NCBI GenBank assembly: GCA_038206985.1
Contig: JBBRAH010000010.1
Location: 8,908 to 72,907 of the forward strand
From: Solirubrobacterales bacterium
GTDB lineage: Bacteria; Actinomycetota; Thermoleophilia; Solirubrobacterales; 70-9
Direction of reading: 5' to 3'
DNA: 64,000 nucleotides
In this document: positions 8,924 through 17,227 of the stretch, piece by piece
How the letters are laid out: each line of letters opens with the position of its first letter
How positions within the stretch are numbered: position 1 is the first letter of the stretch
The notes under the pieces: model-generated
Told to the model about the DNA's origin: nothing
The model's input: the letters and a program-made list of their open reading frames with translations, nothing else
The model's database searches: none
Translations under genes and position numbers: made by a program

Positions 8924-9759
8924 ACGCCCAGCCACACGAGCTGCGGGAAATTTCCGGACCCTCGGCGTTCGGCGACAGCTGGCGCCGCACCTGGGATCTG
9001 CTCTGGCTGATCTCCGTCACGGAGTTCCGGCTCCAGTACTCCGAAACGACCCTCGGCTACGTGTGGAGCGTGCTCAAGCCGTTCGCCTTCTTCGGGGTGA
9101 TTTACCTCGTCGTGAGCCAGGTGCTCAAGTTCGCCGACGTCGCCGACTTCCCGCAGAAGCTGATTCTCGGCCTCGTGCTCTACCAGTACTTCAGCGAGGC
9201 GACCAACAAGGCCCTGCGCTCGATCCAGACCCGCGAGTCGATGCTGCGCAAGACCCACTTCCCGCGGATCGTGATTCCGCTCAGCCTCAACCTGGGCGCC
9301 GCGATCACGCTGTTCTTCAATTTGGTCGGCGTCCTGCTGCTGTTGATGGTGACCGGGGTCGAGCCGCAGACGACCTGGCTTCTCGCACCTGTTGCCGTGC
9401 TCGCCCTGGTCGTGATGACGACGACCCTGTCGATGCTCCTGGCGGTGGCGTTCGTCCGCTCCGAGGATGTTGGCCAGGGCTGGACTTTGACGCTCCGCGC
9501 GCTGTTCTACGCGACCCCGATCCTCTACACGCTGACGGTGATCCCCGAGTCGATCCGGCCGTTGATCGCGGCCAATCCGCTGACGCCGATCATCGAGATG
9601 ATGCGCATCTGGATCATCGACCCGAACGCGGCCACGCCGGTGGATCTGCTCGGCGTGGTCTCCGGTCTGCTCGTGCCCCTGGCTATTGCGGTGATGATCG
9701 CGGTGGCCGGCGTGATCTGGTTCAAGCGGGACGCTCCGCGCATCGCCGAAGCCCTCTAG
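8920..9759 (+). CDS. wzm: ABC-2 type polysaccharide exporter permease (Wzm/TagG type)
   Basis: ATGA overlap with wzt. It reads WDLLWLISVTEFRLQYSETTLGYVWSVLKPFAFFGVIYLV with about 6 TM segments, typical of ABC-2 permeases. Confidence 0.85.
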   Translation: MNAQPHELREISGPSAFGDSWRRTWDLLWLISVTEFRLQYSETTLGYVWSVLKPFAFFGVIYLVVSQVLKFADVADFPQKLILGLVLYQYFSEATNKALRSIQTRESMLRKTHFPRIVIPLSLNLGAAITLFFNLVGVLLLLMVTGVEPQTTWLLAPVAVLALVVMTTTLSMLLAVAFVRSEDVGQGWTLTLRALFYATPILYTLTVIPESIRPLIAANPLTPIIEMMRIWIIDPNAATPVDLLGVVSGLLVPLAIAVMIAVAGVIWFKRDAPRIAEAL

Positions 9760-9763
9760 ATCG

Positions 9764-10468
9764 ATGCCGGATCCGCAGCACGGCGCGCCGCGGCGGTTCG
9801 TGATCCTCTGCCTCGGGCGCACCGGCTCCACGCACCTGCAGTCGATGCTCGACTTTCACTCGCAGGCGCGCTGCTACGGCGAGATCTTCGGCGAGGGCAA
9901 GCCACCCACCCTTGCCGCATCCGGGAGCACGGATCCGCGGGCCTTCGTTACCGAGATGCTCGCCGCCGGGCCCGAGCGTGCCGCGGGTTTCAAGCTTCCG
10001 ATCAACTCGATCCGCCTGCAGCCGGCGGCCGCCGCGGTGGTCCGCGACGATCCGGAGATGGCCGTGATCAGGCTCTCGCGCCGCAACCGGCTCGCCCAGC
10101 TCGTCTCCCGGCAGCTACTTGCGAGCACCGGCGTCTCGCAGTCGATTTTCGGCAGCTACGGGGATGCCACTGTGCGGCTCGAGCCGCAGGCCTGCATCAA
10201 GGCGCTGGAGCGGATCGCCACCGAGGAACGGGAGCTCGACGGCCTGGCCGGCGGCCATGACACGTTTGAGCTCGCCTATGAGGAGCTGGGCGAGGTCGCG
10301 CGGCTCGAGGCGCTGCAGCGATTTCTGGGGCTCGATCCGCAGCCGCTGCGGTCCTGGTTCGAGCGCCTCCGCACCCGTCCTCTGCGGGAGACCGTCGAGA
10401 ACTGGGACGAGATCATCACGGCGCTGAGCGGCACGCCGTACGAGAACCTGCTCAGCGCGCCCGATTGA
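9764..10468 (+). CDS. Stf0-like PAPS-dependent sulfotransferase
   Basis: RRFVILCLGRTGSTHLQSML resembles the 5'-phosphosulfate-binding loop (xxRxGSTxL). VIRLSRRNRLAQLVSRQLL resembles the 3'-phosphate-binding helix region of Stf0-type enzymes. Size is 234 aa. Confidence 0.7.
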   Translation: MPDPQHGAPRRFVILCLGRTGSTHLQSMLDFHSQARCYGEIFGEGKPPTLAASGSTDPRAFVTEMLAAGPERAAGFKLPINSIRLQPAAAAVVRDDPEMAVIRLSRRNRLAQLVSRQLLASTGVSQSIFGSYGDATVRLEPQACIKALERIATEERELDGLAGGHDTFELAYEELGEVARLEALQRFLGLDPQPLRSWFERLRTRPLRETVENWDEIITALSGTPYENLLSAPD

Positions 10469-11894
10469 GGCGGGCGCGAAGCTCTCGCACCCTCCTCCGG
10501 GCGGCGGCCCCCCGCCTCCACGCGAACCCGGCGAGCATCACCCGCTCGCGGCCGATCGTCGCGGTCGGGCCGCCCAGATCGCCCAGGGCGCGGCGGCCGA
10601 GCCAGGCGATCCCGGCAGGCGAGTCCTCGATCGCGTCCAGCACTTCGAGGCGGTCAGGGGCGAGTCGCCCGGCGAGCCGCAGGCGCAGTGCCGTGGTCGC
10701 CACCCGGACCCGGCAGTAGAGCTTGAAGTAGGGCACGCGCCAGGCGAGCCGGAAGCCGCGCCCGCTCCAGCGCTCGTACCAGACAGCGACGCGCTCGCGC
10801 AGCGGCGCGCTGAAGCGGCCGAGCCCGTTGGCCTGCAGATAGCCCAGCGCTGCCTCGTCGTGCTGAACGTAGTCGTAAAGCGGCTCGTCCACATAGGCGA
10901 TCGGCCCGAGCGCCATCGCGACCTGGCCGATCCAGTGGTCATGGAAGGCGGCCCCATGCCGGGGCGGGAAGGGGAGCACGTCATCGAGCAACCGCGCCTC
11001 GAACAGGCAGGCGGCCCCGGTCACGGTGTTGGCCAGCACCTCGGAGCCGAAGTCCGTGTGGTTGACGGGCCTGAACTCCCAGTAGGTTTCGGCGAGCACC
11101 GTGCCCGAGCGCGTGGTGATCCGCATGTCGCTGAACACGAGCCCCGCACCTGGCGCGCGCTCGAGTTCCTCCAGCAACCGCGCGAGCTTCTCGGGCCGCC
11201 AGCGGTCGTCCTGGTCGCTGAGCGCAACGTGATCGACACCCGGCGGCACCATCGCCAGGGCCCGCTCGAAGTTGGCGTAGAAGCCCTGGTTGGTCTCGGC
11301 GAAATCGACCTGGAAGCGGGGGTCGCCGGTGACAGCGCGCTCAATCGCCAGCCGTCCGGCAGGGCTCGAGCCGTCGTCGCTGATCAGGCAGATCCAGTTG
11401 CGGTGGGTCTGAGCCCGGATCGACTCGACCTGGACCTCGAGCATGCCCGGGTCCGGCTCATACGTTGCCATCGCGATCGCAACCAGTGGACCTTTGCCCT
11501 CCTCCGCCCGGGCGCCGCTCCGCCCGGCACGCTCGATCTGCGGGCGGAGCTCGATCTGGCCGAGGCGCGCTTCGATCGCCTCGTCGTGCCCGGCGATCCG
11601 CGCGCGGAGAACGACTTCGGCGGTCCGCACCCGGGGCGTCGCCGGCACGGGCACGATCGCCCACCAGTAGTCGTCGCCGCGCATCCGGGGCGGTGCCAGA
11701 CTCCAGCCGAGCGCCGCCGTCTCGGTGCCGTCAAAGACGACGACCACAGAGGCGAACCGCTCCCCCGCGGGAAACCGGCAGCGGCCGTCGATGAACAGGG
11801 CGGTACCGCCCCCGGTCGCGAGCCGCTCGGGGAGCGGCGTGACGGTCTCGATTGCGAAGTCGATGCTGCCGGCCAAGGGGGCCGAGGATCGCAC
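10452..11894 (-). CDS. Glycosyltransferase family 2 (rhamnosyltransferase-like) with an N-terminal extra domain
   Basis: ORF 10452..12200. It reads VAIAMATYEPDPGMLEVQVESIRAQTHRNWICLISDDGSS...HVALSDQDDRWRPEKL...VFSDMRI...TGAACLF. The start is uncertain: GTG at 11894 or TTG at 11876. There is a 17-nt convergent overlap with the sulfotransferase. Confidence 0.8.
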   Translation of the reverse strand: MRSSAPLAGSIDFAIETVTPLPERLATGGGTALFIDGRCRFPAGERFASVVVVFDGTETAALGWSLAPPRMRGDDYWWAIVPVPATPRVRTAEVVLRARIAGHDEAIEARLGQIELRPQIERAGRSGARAEEGKGPLVAIAMATYEPDPGMLEVQVESIRAQTHRNWICLISDDGSSPAGRLAIERAVTGDPRFQVDFAETNQGFYANFERALAMVPPGVDHVALSDQDDRWRPEKLARLLEELERAPGAGLVFSDMRITTRSGTVLAETYWEFRPVNHTDFGSEVLANTVTGAACLFEARLLDDVLPFPPRHGAAFHDHWIGQVAMALGPIAYVDEPLYDYVQHDEAALGYLQANGLGRFSAPLRERVAVWYERWSGRGFRLAWRVPYFKLYCRVRVATTALRLRLAGRLAPDRLEVLDAIEDSPAGIAWLGRRALGDLGGPTATIGRERVMLAGFAWRRGAAARRRVRELRARLNRAR

Positions 11895-11958
11895 AGCTCC
11901 GCCGCAACGCCCCGCTCCGTCGTCGGCAGCCGCCCGCCGCCAGCCATATCCTGATCGC

Positions 11959-13062
11959 GTGGACGCAAGCGAGGAGACCGCGGGAACCGGCGGGTCCGCC
12001 CCGGGCGCTGGGCCGGAGAGCGATGCCGAGCTCGCGCGGAAACGAGGTGCCGGCCTGATCGAGGCGCTCGAGGCGCACATGCCGACCGCGGCCGCGCGCT
12101 CCGAGATCGCCGCGACACTCGCCCTGGCGGTCGCCCGGCGGGCGGCGTGCCCGGAGCCGGAGCTGATCGCCGAGGCGGCCCGGCTGCGTGAAGTCGGCAA
12201 GCTCTACATGCCAAAAGAGCTCCTCTACACGCCGGAGACGGATCTCGACCCCACGGCGAAGGCGCATGCCGCGTCTTACTACGAGCAGGGCGAGGCCCTC
12301 GCGGCCGGCGCCGGAGTCGCGGAGCGCGCCTGCGGTTGGATCCTGAACGCCCAGGAGCGATGGGACGGCTCGGGCCCGGCCGGCCTCGCCGGCGTGGAGA
12401 TCCCGGCCGGCTCGCGGGTGATCGCGGTCTGTCGCACCTACCTCGACGCCCCGCACACGAGCGGCACCGACGACCCTCGCGCGGCGGCCCTGGAACTGCT
12501 CCGCGAGTTGGCCGGATCGATACTCGATCCCAGATTGGCCACGATCGGTGTCGAGCTCGCGGGGCCGGGGCCTGAGCCTGAGCTGGCCGTGCGGGAGCGC
12601 CGGGAGCAGGACCTCCCGGCGATCGAGTCCTGTCTCGAGGCGGAGAACGCGATGCAGATCGCCCGCAACGGGGAGCTGGTCGATCCCCTCGGCCACTCGA
12701 TGCTGGTGGCCGCGAGTGGCTCCGCGCCCGGCGGGATCGCGGGGCTGCTGAGCTGGATCGACGGCGAGGAAGCTGAGATCCTCGCCGTGCATGCCAGACC
12801 TCCCCGGCAGGGCACCGGCACAGCCCTGCTCGAGGCCCTGGCCAGGAGAGCCGCGGAGCTCGGCCGCAAGCGGCTGATCGTGACGACCACCAATGACAAC
12901 CTCCACGCTCTGCGTTTCTACCAGCGTCGCGGCTTCCGTTTGCGGGCTGTGCGGATCGGCGAAGTCGAGCGCAGCCGCGCCCGGCTGAAGCCGTCGATCC
13001 CGGTGAACGGTGAGCACGGCATCGAGCTGCGCGACGAGCTCGAGCTCGAGCGCGCCCTCTGA
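11959..13062 (+). CDS. Fusion protein: degenerate (catalytically dead-looking) HD-GYP-like domain plus C-terminal GNAT N-acetyltransferase
   Basis: ORF 11725..13062. LREVGKLYMPKELL...NAQERWDGSGPAGLAGVEIPAGSRVIAVCRTYLD parallels the HD-GYP consensus (HDIGK ... HHERWDGSGYP.GL.G..IP...RI..VAD.FD) but lacks HD, HHE and the Y of GYP. The C-terminal GNAT region reads ILAVHARPPRQGTGTALLEAL...ALRFYQRRGFR. The start is uncertain: GTG at 11959 or ATG at 12079. Confidence 0.6.
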   Translation: MDASEETAGTGGSAPGAGPESDAELARKRGAGLIEALEAHMPTAAARSEIAATLALAVARRAACPEPELIAEAARLREVGKLYMPKELLYTPETDLDPTAKAHAASYYEQGEALAAGAGVAERACGWILNAQERWDGSGPAGLAGVEIPAGSRVIAVCRTYLDAPHTSGTDDPRAAALELLRELAGSILDPRLATIGVELAGPGPEPELAVRERREQDLPAIESCLEAENAMQIARNGELVDPLGHSMLVAASGSAPGGIAGLLSWIDGEEAEILAVHARPPRQGTGTALLEALARRAAELGRKRLIVTTTNDNLHALRFYQRRGFRLRAVRIGEVERSRARLKPSIPVNGEHGIELRDELELERAL

Positions 13063-13127
13063 TCAGGTCGGAGCCGGGCACTCTGCCCCGCTCCCCGGCT
13101 GGCGCTTAGAATCCCGCGCTCCGAGCG

Positions 13128-14696
13128 ATGCGCGAGAAGAACCCCCAGACATACGAGGAGAAGCTCTCCTATCTGCGTGAGTTGCGCGACGCTGCAATCA
13201 ACTCGGCCTCCGAGGCGGCTGTGGAAAAGCAGCACGCGAAGGGCAAGTTCACTGCCCGCGAGCGGATCGAGAAGCTGCTGGACCCGGGCACATTCGAGGA
13301 GCTCGACACCTTCGTCCGGCACCGGACCTACGACTTCGAGATGCAGAAGAACCGGCCCTGGGGCGATGCTGTCGTCACCGGCTATGGCGAGATCGACGGC
13401 CGCACGGTTTTCGTCTTCTCCCAGGACTTCACCGTGTTCGGCGGCTCGCTCGGCGAAGTGATGGCCGAGAAGATGGTCAAGGTCATGGACATGGCCGCCA
13501 AGGTGGGCGCGCCGGTGATCGGCATCAACGACTCCGGCGGCGCCCGGATCCAGGAGGGCGTCGTCTCGCTCGGTGCCTACGGCGACGTGTTTGTCCGCAA
13601 CGTCCAGTGCTCGGGAGTGATCCCGCAGATCAGCGTGATCATGGGCCCCTGCGCGGGCGGTGCCGTCTACTCCCCCGCGATGACCGACTTCATCTTCATG
13701 GTCAAGGAGACCTCGCACATGTTCATCACCGGCCCCGACGTGATCAAGACGGTCACCGGCGAGGAGGTGGAGTTCGAGGAGCTCGGCGGCGCCATGACCC
13801 ACAACTCCAAGTCCGGGGTCGCCCACTTCGCCTCCGAGGACGAGGAGAGCTGCCTGGAGGACGTGCGCTACCTGTTCGGCTTTCTGCCTTCCAACAATCT
13901 CGAGATGCCACCCCGGGTCGAGCCCTACGACGATCCTGACCGAACCGAGGACCGACTCGGCCAGATCGTCCCCGCCGACGCGCAGAAGCCCTACGACATG
14001 CGGGAGGTCGTCTCCCTCGTCGTCGACGACGGCGACTTCTTCGAGGTCCACGAGCACTTCGCCCAGAACATCATCTGCGGCTTCTCCCGCCTCGACGGGA
14101 TGCCCGTCGGGATTGTCGGCAACCAGCCCAAGCACCTCGCCGGCGTCCTCGACATCGAGTCCTCCGAGAAGGCGGCCCGCTTCGTTCGCACCTGCGACGC
14201 CTACAACATCCCGCTGATCACCTTCACTGACGTGCCAGGCTTCATGCCCGGCACCGATCAGGAGTGGAACGGGATCATCCGCCACGGCGCCAAGCTGCTC
14301 TACGCATTCACCGAGGCGACCGTGCCGAAGCTCACGGTCGTCACCCGCAAGGCCTACGGCGGCGCCTACGACGTCATGAACTCCAAGCACATGCTGGCCG
14401 ACTTCAACTTCGCCTGGCCGACCGCGGAGGTCGCCGTCATGGGCCCCGAGGGTGCGGTCAACATCATCTACCGCAAGGATCTCGCCGTCTCGCCGACGCC
14501 CGACGAGCGCCGCCAGAAGCTGATGGACGATTACAAGGCCAGATTCGCCAATCCCTACGCCGCCGCGGAGCGGGGCTACATCGACGACGTGATCGAGCCC
14601 TCCGAGACCCGGCCGAAGCTGATCCGCGCCCTGCGCACGCTGCAGACCAAGCGCGTGCCGCAGCCCCAGCGCAAGCACGGCAACATCCCTCTTTGA
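13128..14696 (+). CDS. pccB: Acyl-CoA (propionyl-CoA) carboxylase carboxyltransferase beta subunit
   Basis: Full-length match to the carboxyl_trans pattern: [81 protein letters not shown] and AYGGAYDVM. Confidence 0.95.
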   Translation: MREKNPQTYEEKLSYLRELRDAAINSASEAAVEKQHAKGKFTARERIEKLLDPGTFEELDTFVRHRTYDFEMQKNRPWGDAVVTGYGEIDGRTVFVFSQDFTVFGGSLGEVMAEKMVKVMDMAAKVGAPVIGINDSGGARIQEGVVSLGAYGDVFVRNVQCSGVIPQISVIMGPCAGGAVYSPAMTDFIFMVKETSHMFITGPDVIKTVTGEEVEFEELGGAMTHNSKSGVAHFASEDEESCLEDVRYLFGFLPSNNLEMPPRVEPYDDPDRTEDRLGQIVPADAQKPYDMREVVSLVVDDGDFFEVHEHFAQNIICGFSRLDGMPVGIVGNQPKHLAGVLDIESSEKAARFVRTCDAYNIPLITFTDVPGFMPGTDQEWNGIIRHGAKLLYAFTEATVPKLTVVTRKAYGGAYDVMNSKHMLADFNFAWPTAEVAVMGPEGAVNIIYRKDLAVSPTPDERRQKLMDDYKARFANPYAAAERGYIDDVIEPSETRPKLIRALRTLQTKRVPQPQRKHGNIPL

Positions 14697-14721
14697 CGGC
14701 CGAGCGCGTCAAAGGGACTTG

Positions 14722-15750
14722 ATGGAAGCAGCGTCCACCGAAACGCCCCTGGAGATCTCGGCCGTGCTCGTCGCCGACGAGTGGCAGACGGCCAAGATGC
14801 TGACCCGCTCGCTGGCCGCCCAGCGTCAGCCCGATCGGATCGAGTTGGTCGTGGTAACCCACCGCGGGTCGGGCTTCGAACCTGGCCCCGAAACAGAGCT
14901 GCTCGGCGGTCTGCAGGTCGTCGAGGTGGACTCGATAAGGGACATCAGCACCGCCCGCGTCCACGGGATCGAACGGGTGAGCTCCCCGATCGTCTTCCTG
15001 GCCGAGACGCATTGCTTCCCCCAGGAGGGCTGGCTCGACGCGGTGCTCGAGGCGCACCGGCAGGGGGCCACCTACGTCGGCCCGCGCTTTGCGAGCATGA
15101 ATCCGGCTTCGGTGGTCAGCCGGGCCAACTTCGCTGAGCACTACGGTGAGTTCAGCGGCGCGATACCCGACGGCCCGCGTGCCCGTGTCGCAGGTAACAA
15201 CGCGTCCTTTTCGGTCGACGCGGTGCGGCACCTCGGCGACGATCTCGAGGCATCGATGCGCGACTTCGCCGGCTTTCAGGAGACCCTGGCGGGGGACGGA
15301 GAGATCCGCCTGGCCGCGGACGCAGTCGTGCGCCACCTCAACGTCTCCAGGTTGCGGGGCTGGTTAATCGAGACATGGGCGGGCGGGCGTCTCGGCGCCG
15401 GGAGTCGCTGTCGCTCGTGGTCGCGCGAGCGGCGGCTCGGCTACGCGCTTGCGTTCCCCCTGATCGCGGTTGTCGAATTCCATCGCAGGCGGCCCGGTCT
15501 CAGGCGTCTGCAAGCGGCCGGCGAGGGCGGCCTGGGGACTGATCTCCTACTCGCGGCCGGAATCCTCTGGCGCTGCTACGGCGAGGCCGTGGGCTTCCTC
15601 TGGGGTCCCGGGTCTCGTGAGACGACCGCGATGAGTCACATGGAGGTCAGGCGCTTCGACTACATCAATGGGAGCGACCGGGAACTCATCCACGCTGCCG
15701 GCGAGGAGCTGCTGGCCCGCCTCCCGGAGCTCCCGGTGGCTCGCAGCTGA
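14722..15750 (+). CDS. GT-A-fold glycosyltransferase-like protein (family uncertain)
   Basis: ORF 14719..15750. It reads ISAVLVADEWQTAKMLTRSLAAQRQPDRIELVVV...IVFLAETHCFPQEGWLDAVLEAH. It has a GT2-like layout but I see no clear DxD motif. High GC3. Confidence 0.5.
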   Translation: MEAASTETPLEISAVLVADEWQTAKMLTRSLAAQRQPDRIELVVVTHRGSGFEPGPETELLGGLQVVEVDSIRDISTARVHGIERVSSPIVFLAETHCFPQEGWLDAVLEAHRQGATYVGPRFASMNPASVVSRANFAEHYGEFSGAIPDGPRARVAGNNASFSVDAVRHLGDDLEASMRDFAGFQETLAGDGEIRLAADAVVRHLNVSRLRGWLIETWAGGRLGAGSRCRSWSRERRLGYALAFPLIAVVEFHRRRPGLRRLQAAGEGGLGTDLLLAAGILWRCYGEAVGFLWGPGSRETTAMSHMEVRRFDYINGSDRELIHAAGEELLARLPELPVARS

Positions 15751-15788
15751 CTCGACGCGGTCGGCTCCCCGGTCACCGCTGCTGTCGC

Positions 15789-16205
15789 ATGCTGCGAAGA
15801 TCGCGCGCGATGGAAGAACGCGAACAACGCCTCTGGCACCGGATCGAGGGCTCCCGGGCCGAGTACGGCGTCCCGAAGGCCGTCTGCTCGGCGATCAGCC
15901 CTTTCCCGTTCTGGGCCGTGATCACCGCGATGGTGATCTTCATTCCGCTCGCACTGATCCTCTCGTTCTTCGTCAAGCGGCACGCGATCCTGATCCAGGG
16001 AGGCGAGCTGGTCGTCCTCGACCTGAGCTTCTGGAAGTTCGCCGTCACCGCCGAGCGTCAGCACGGAGCTGTGGGCTCCACAGCCATCACTGTGGACGGG
16101 AGCAAGCTGGTGATCGAGGGGCAGGCGTACCACCTCGAGCCCGGTTGGCGGGAGTCCGCTGAGAAGCTGATCGCCGCCAACGACCGCGGGGCTCCGACCG
16201 GATGA
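15789..16205 (+). CDS. Small membrane-anchored hypothetical protein
   Basis: There is one strong TM segment (FPFWAVITAMVIFIPLALILSFFV). The stop overlaps the next gene start (ATGA at 16202-16205). No family recognised. Confidence 0.45.
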   Translation: MLRRSRAMEEREQRLWHRIEGSRAEYGVPKAVCSAISPFPFWAVITAMVIFIPLALILSFFVKRHAILIQGGELVVLDLSFWKFAVTAERQHGAVGSTAITVDGSKLVIEGQAYHLEPGWRESAEKLIAANDRGAPTG

Positions 16206-17227
16206 GCTCGGCAGGTGATTCAAGCCCACTGCGGGTGGGGATCATCGGTTGCGGCTTCGTCGCCCGCGAGCACCACGTCGAGGCGATCGCTGCGGCCGGG
16301 GGCAGCGTCGTGGCCACGTGCGATCCAGATCTCAGCGCCGCGCGAGCCGTCGCCGCATCCGCGGGGAACGTGCCCGCCTACGGATCGGCCGCCGAGCTGC
16401 TCGCAGACGAGCGGGTCGCCGTGGTCGTGGTCTGCACCCCGCCGTTGACGCACGCTGCCCTGGCGGTGGAGGCGCTCGAAGCCGGCCGGCACGTGCTCGT
16501 TGAGAAGCCGGCTGCGCTCAGCAAGTCGGACTGCGAGGCGATGATCGCTGCCCGTGACCGCAGCGGCAAGAATGCCGCCGTGGCCTTCAACCTCCGGCAC
16601 CACCCGCTCATCGCCGAGGCACGGGATCGTCTTCTGGCCGGCGAGATCGGCCCGCTCCGCACCATGGTCAACACATGGGTCGGGCCCTGCCACCGAAGCG
16701 GCGGCTGGGCCGCGGAGCAGGGCAGCGGAGCGGACCTGCTCCATGATCGGGGCGCCCACTGCTGTGACCTCGCCCATTTCCTCGCAGGAGCCGGGGCCGA
16801 GCGGCTCGACGCCTCGGGCTCGCCCGACGGCCCTGTGACGATCGGGGCCTACGGGCGGGAGGGCGTGACCGCGTCGCTGGTGCTGGCCGAGGCGCCGGCG
16901 TCGGCGAACGAGATCATCCTGGTCGGGGAGGAAGGCCTGCTGCGACTCGACCTCTACGCCTTCGATAGCCTGCGATCGCTGCCCAGTGGGCATATCTCCG
17001 GCGCCCTGCGCCCGCGCCTGACCCGCACACTGCGCGCCCCGGCCTCACTTCCTGCCGCCGCCCGTATGGCCCGACTCGGTGGGGTGTTCCGGGCCGGCTA
17101 CCAGCGCGAATGGGAGGCGTTTGCCGAGCTGATCTCCGGCCGTCAGCCGAAGGGGCTCGCCACGCTCGAGGACGGGCTCACGAACACCGTGATGCTCAAC
17201 GCCGCCGCCGCCGCACTCAACGCCTAA
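16202..17227 (+). CDS. Gfo/Idh/MocA family NAD(P)-dependent oxidoreductase
   Basis: The N-terminal Rossmann motif is RVGIIGCGFVAREHH, followed by the hallmark VLVEKPAAL. Confidence 0.85.
   Translation: MSSAGDSSPLRVGIIGCGFVAREHHVEAIAAAGGSVVATCDPDLSAARAVAASAGNVPAYGSAAELLADERVAVVVVCTPPLTHAALAVEALEAGRHVLVEKPAALSKSDCEAMIAARDRSGKNAAVAFNLRHHPLIAEARDRLLAGEIGPLRTMVNTWVGPCHRSGGWAAEQGSGADLLHDRGAHCCDLAHFLAGAGAERLDASGSPDGPVTIGAYGREGVTASLVLAEAPASANEIILVGEEGLLRLDLYAFDSLRSLPSGHISGALRPRLTRTLRAPASLPAAARMARLGGVFRAGYQREWEAFAELISGRQPKGLATLEDGLTNTVMLNAAAAALNA

Noticed and set aside
11384-13081. 565-aa Arg/Pro/Ser/Ala-rich minus-strand ORF, and similar ORFs at 2401-3627, 22103-23278, 38006-39196, 44588-47137, 52673-54001, 56030-57523 and 61229-63808
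   Set aside because: All overlap genes with strong family signatures on the other strand or frame. Their extreme Arg/Pro/Gly composition is the expected artefact of off-frame translation of GC-rich coding DNA.
12918-14678. 586-aa ORF on the minus strand
   Set aside because: It is exactly antisense to the unmistakable pccB gene. Its translation is low-complexity and Gly/Asp/Val/Leu/Arg-rich, typical of shadow ORFs in high-GC DNA.
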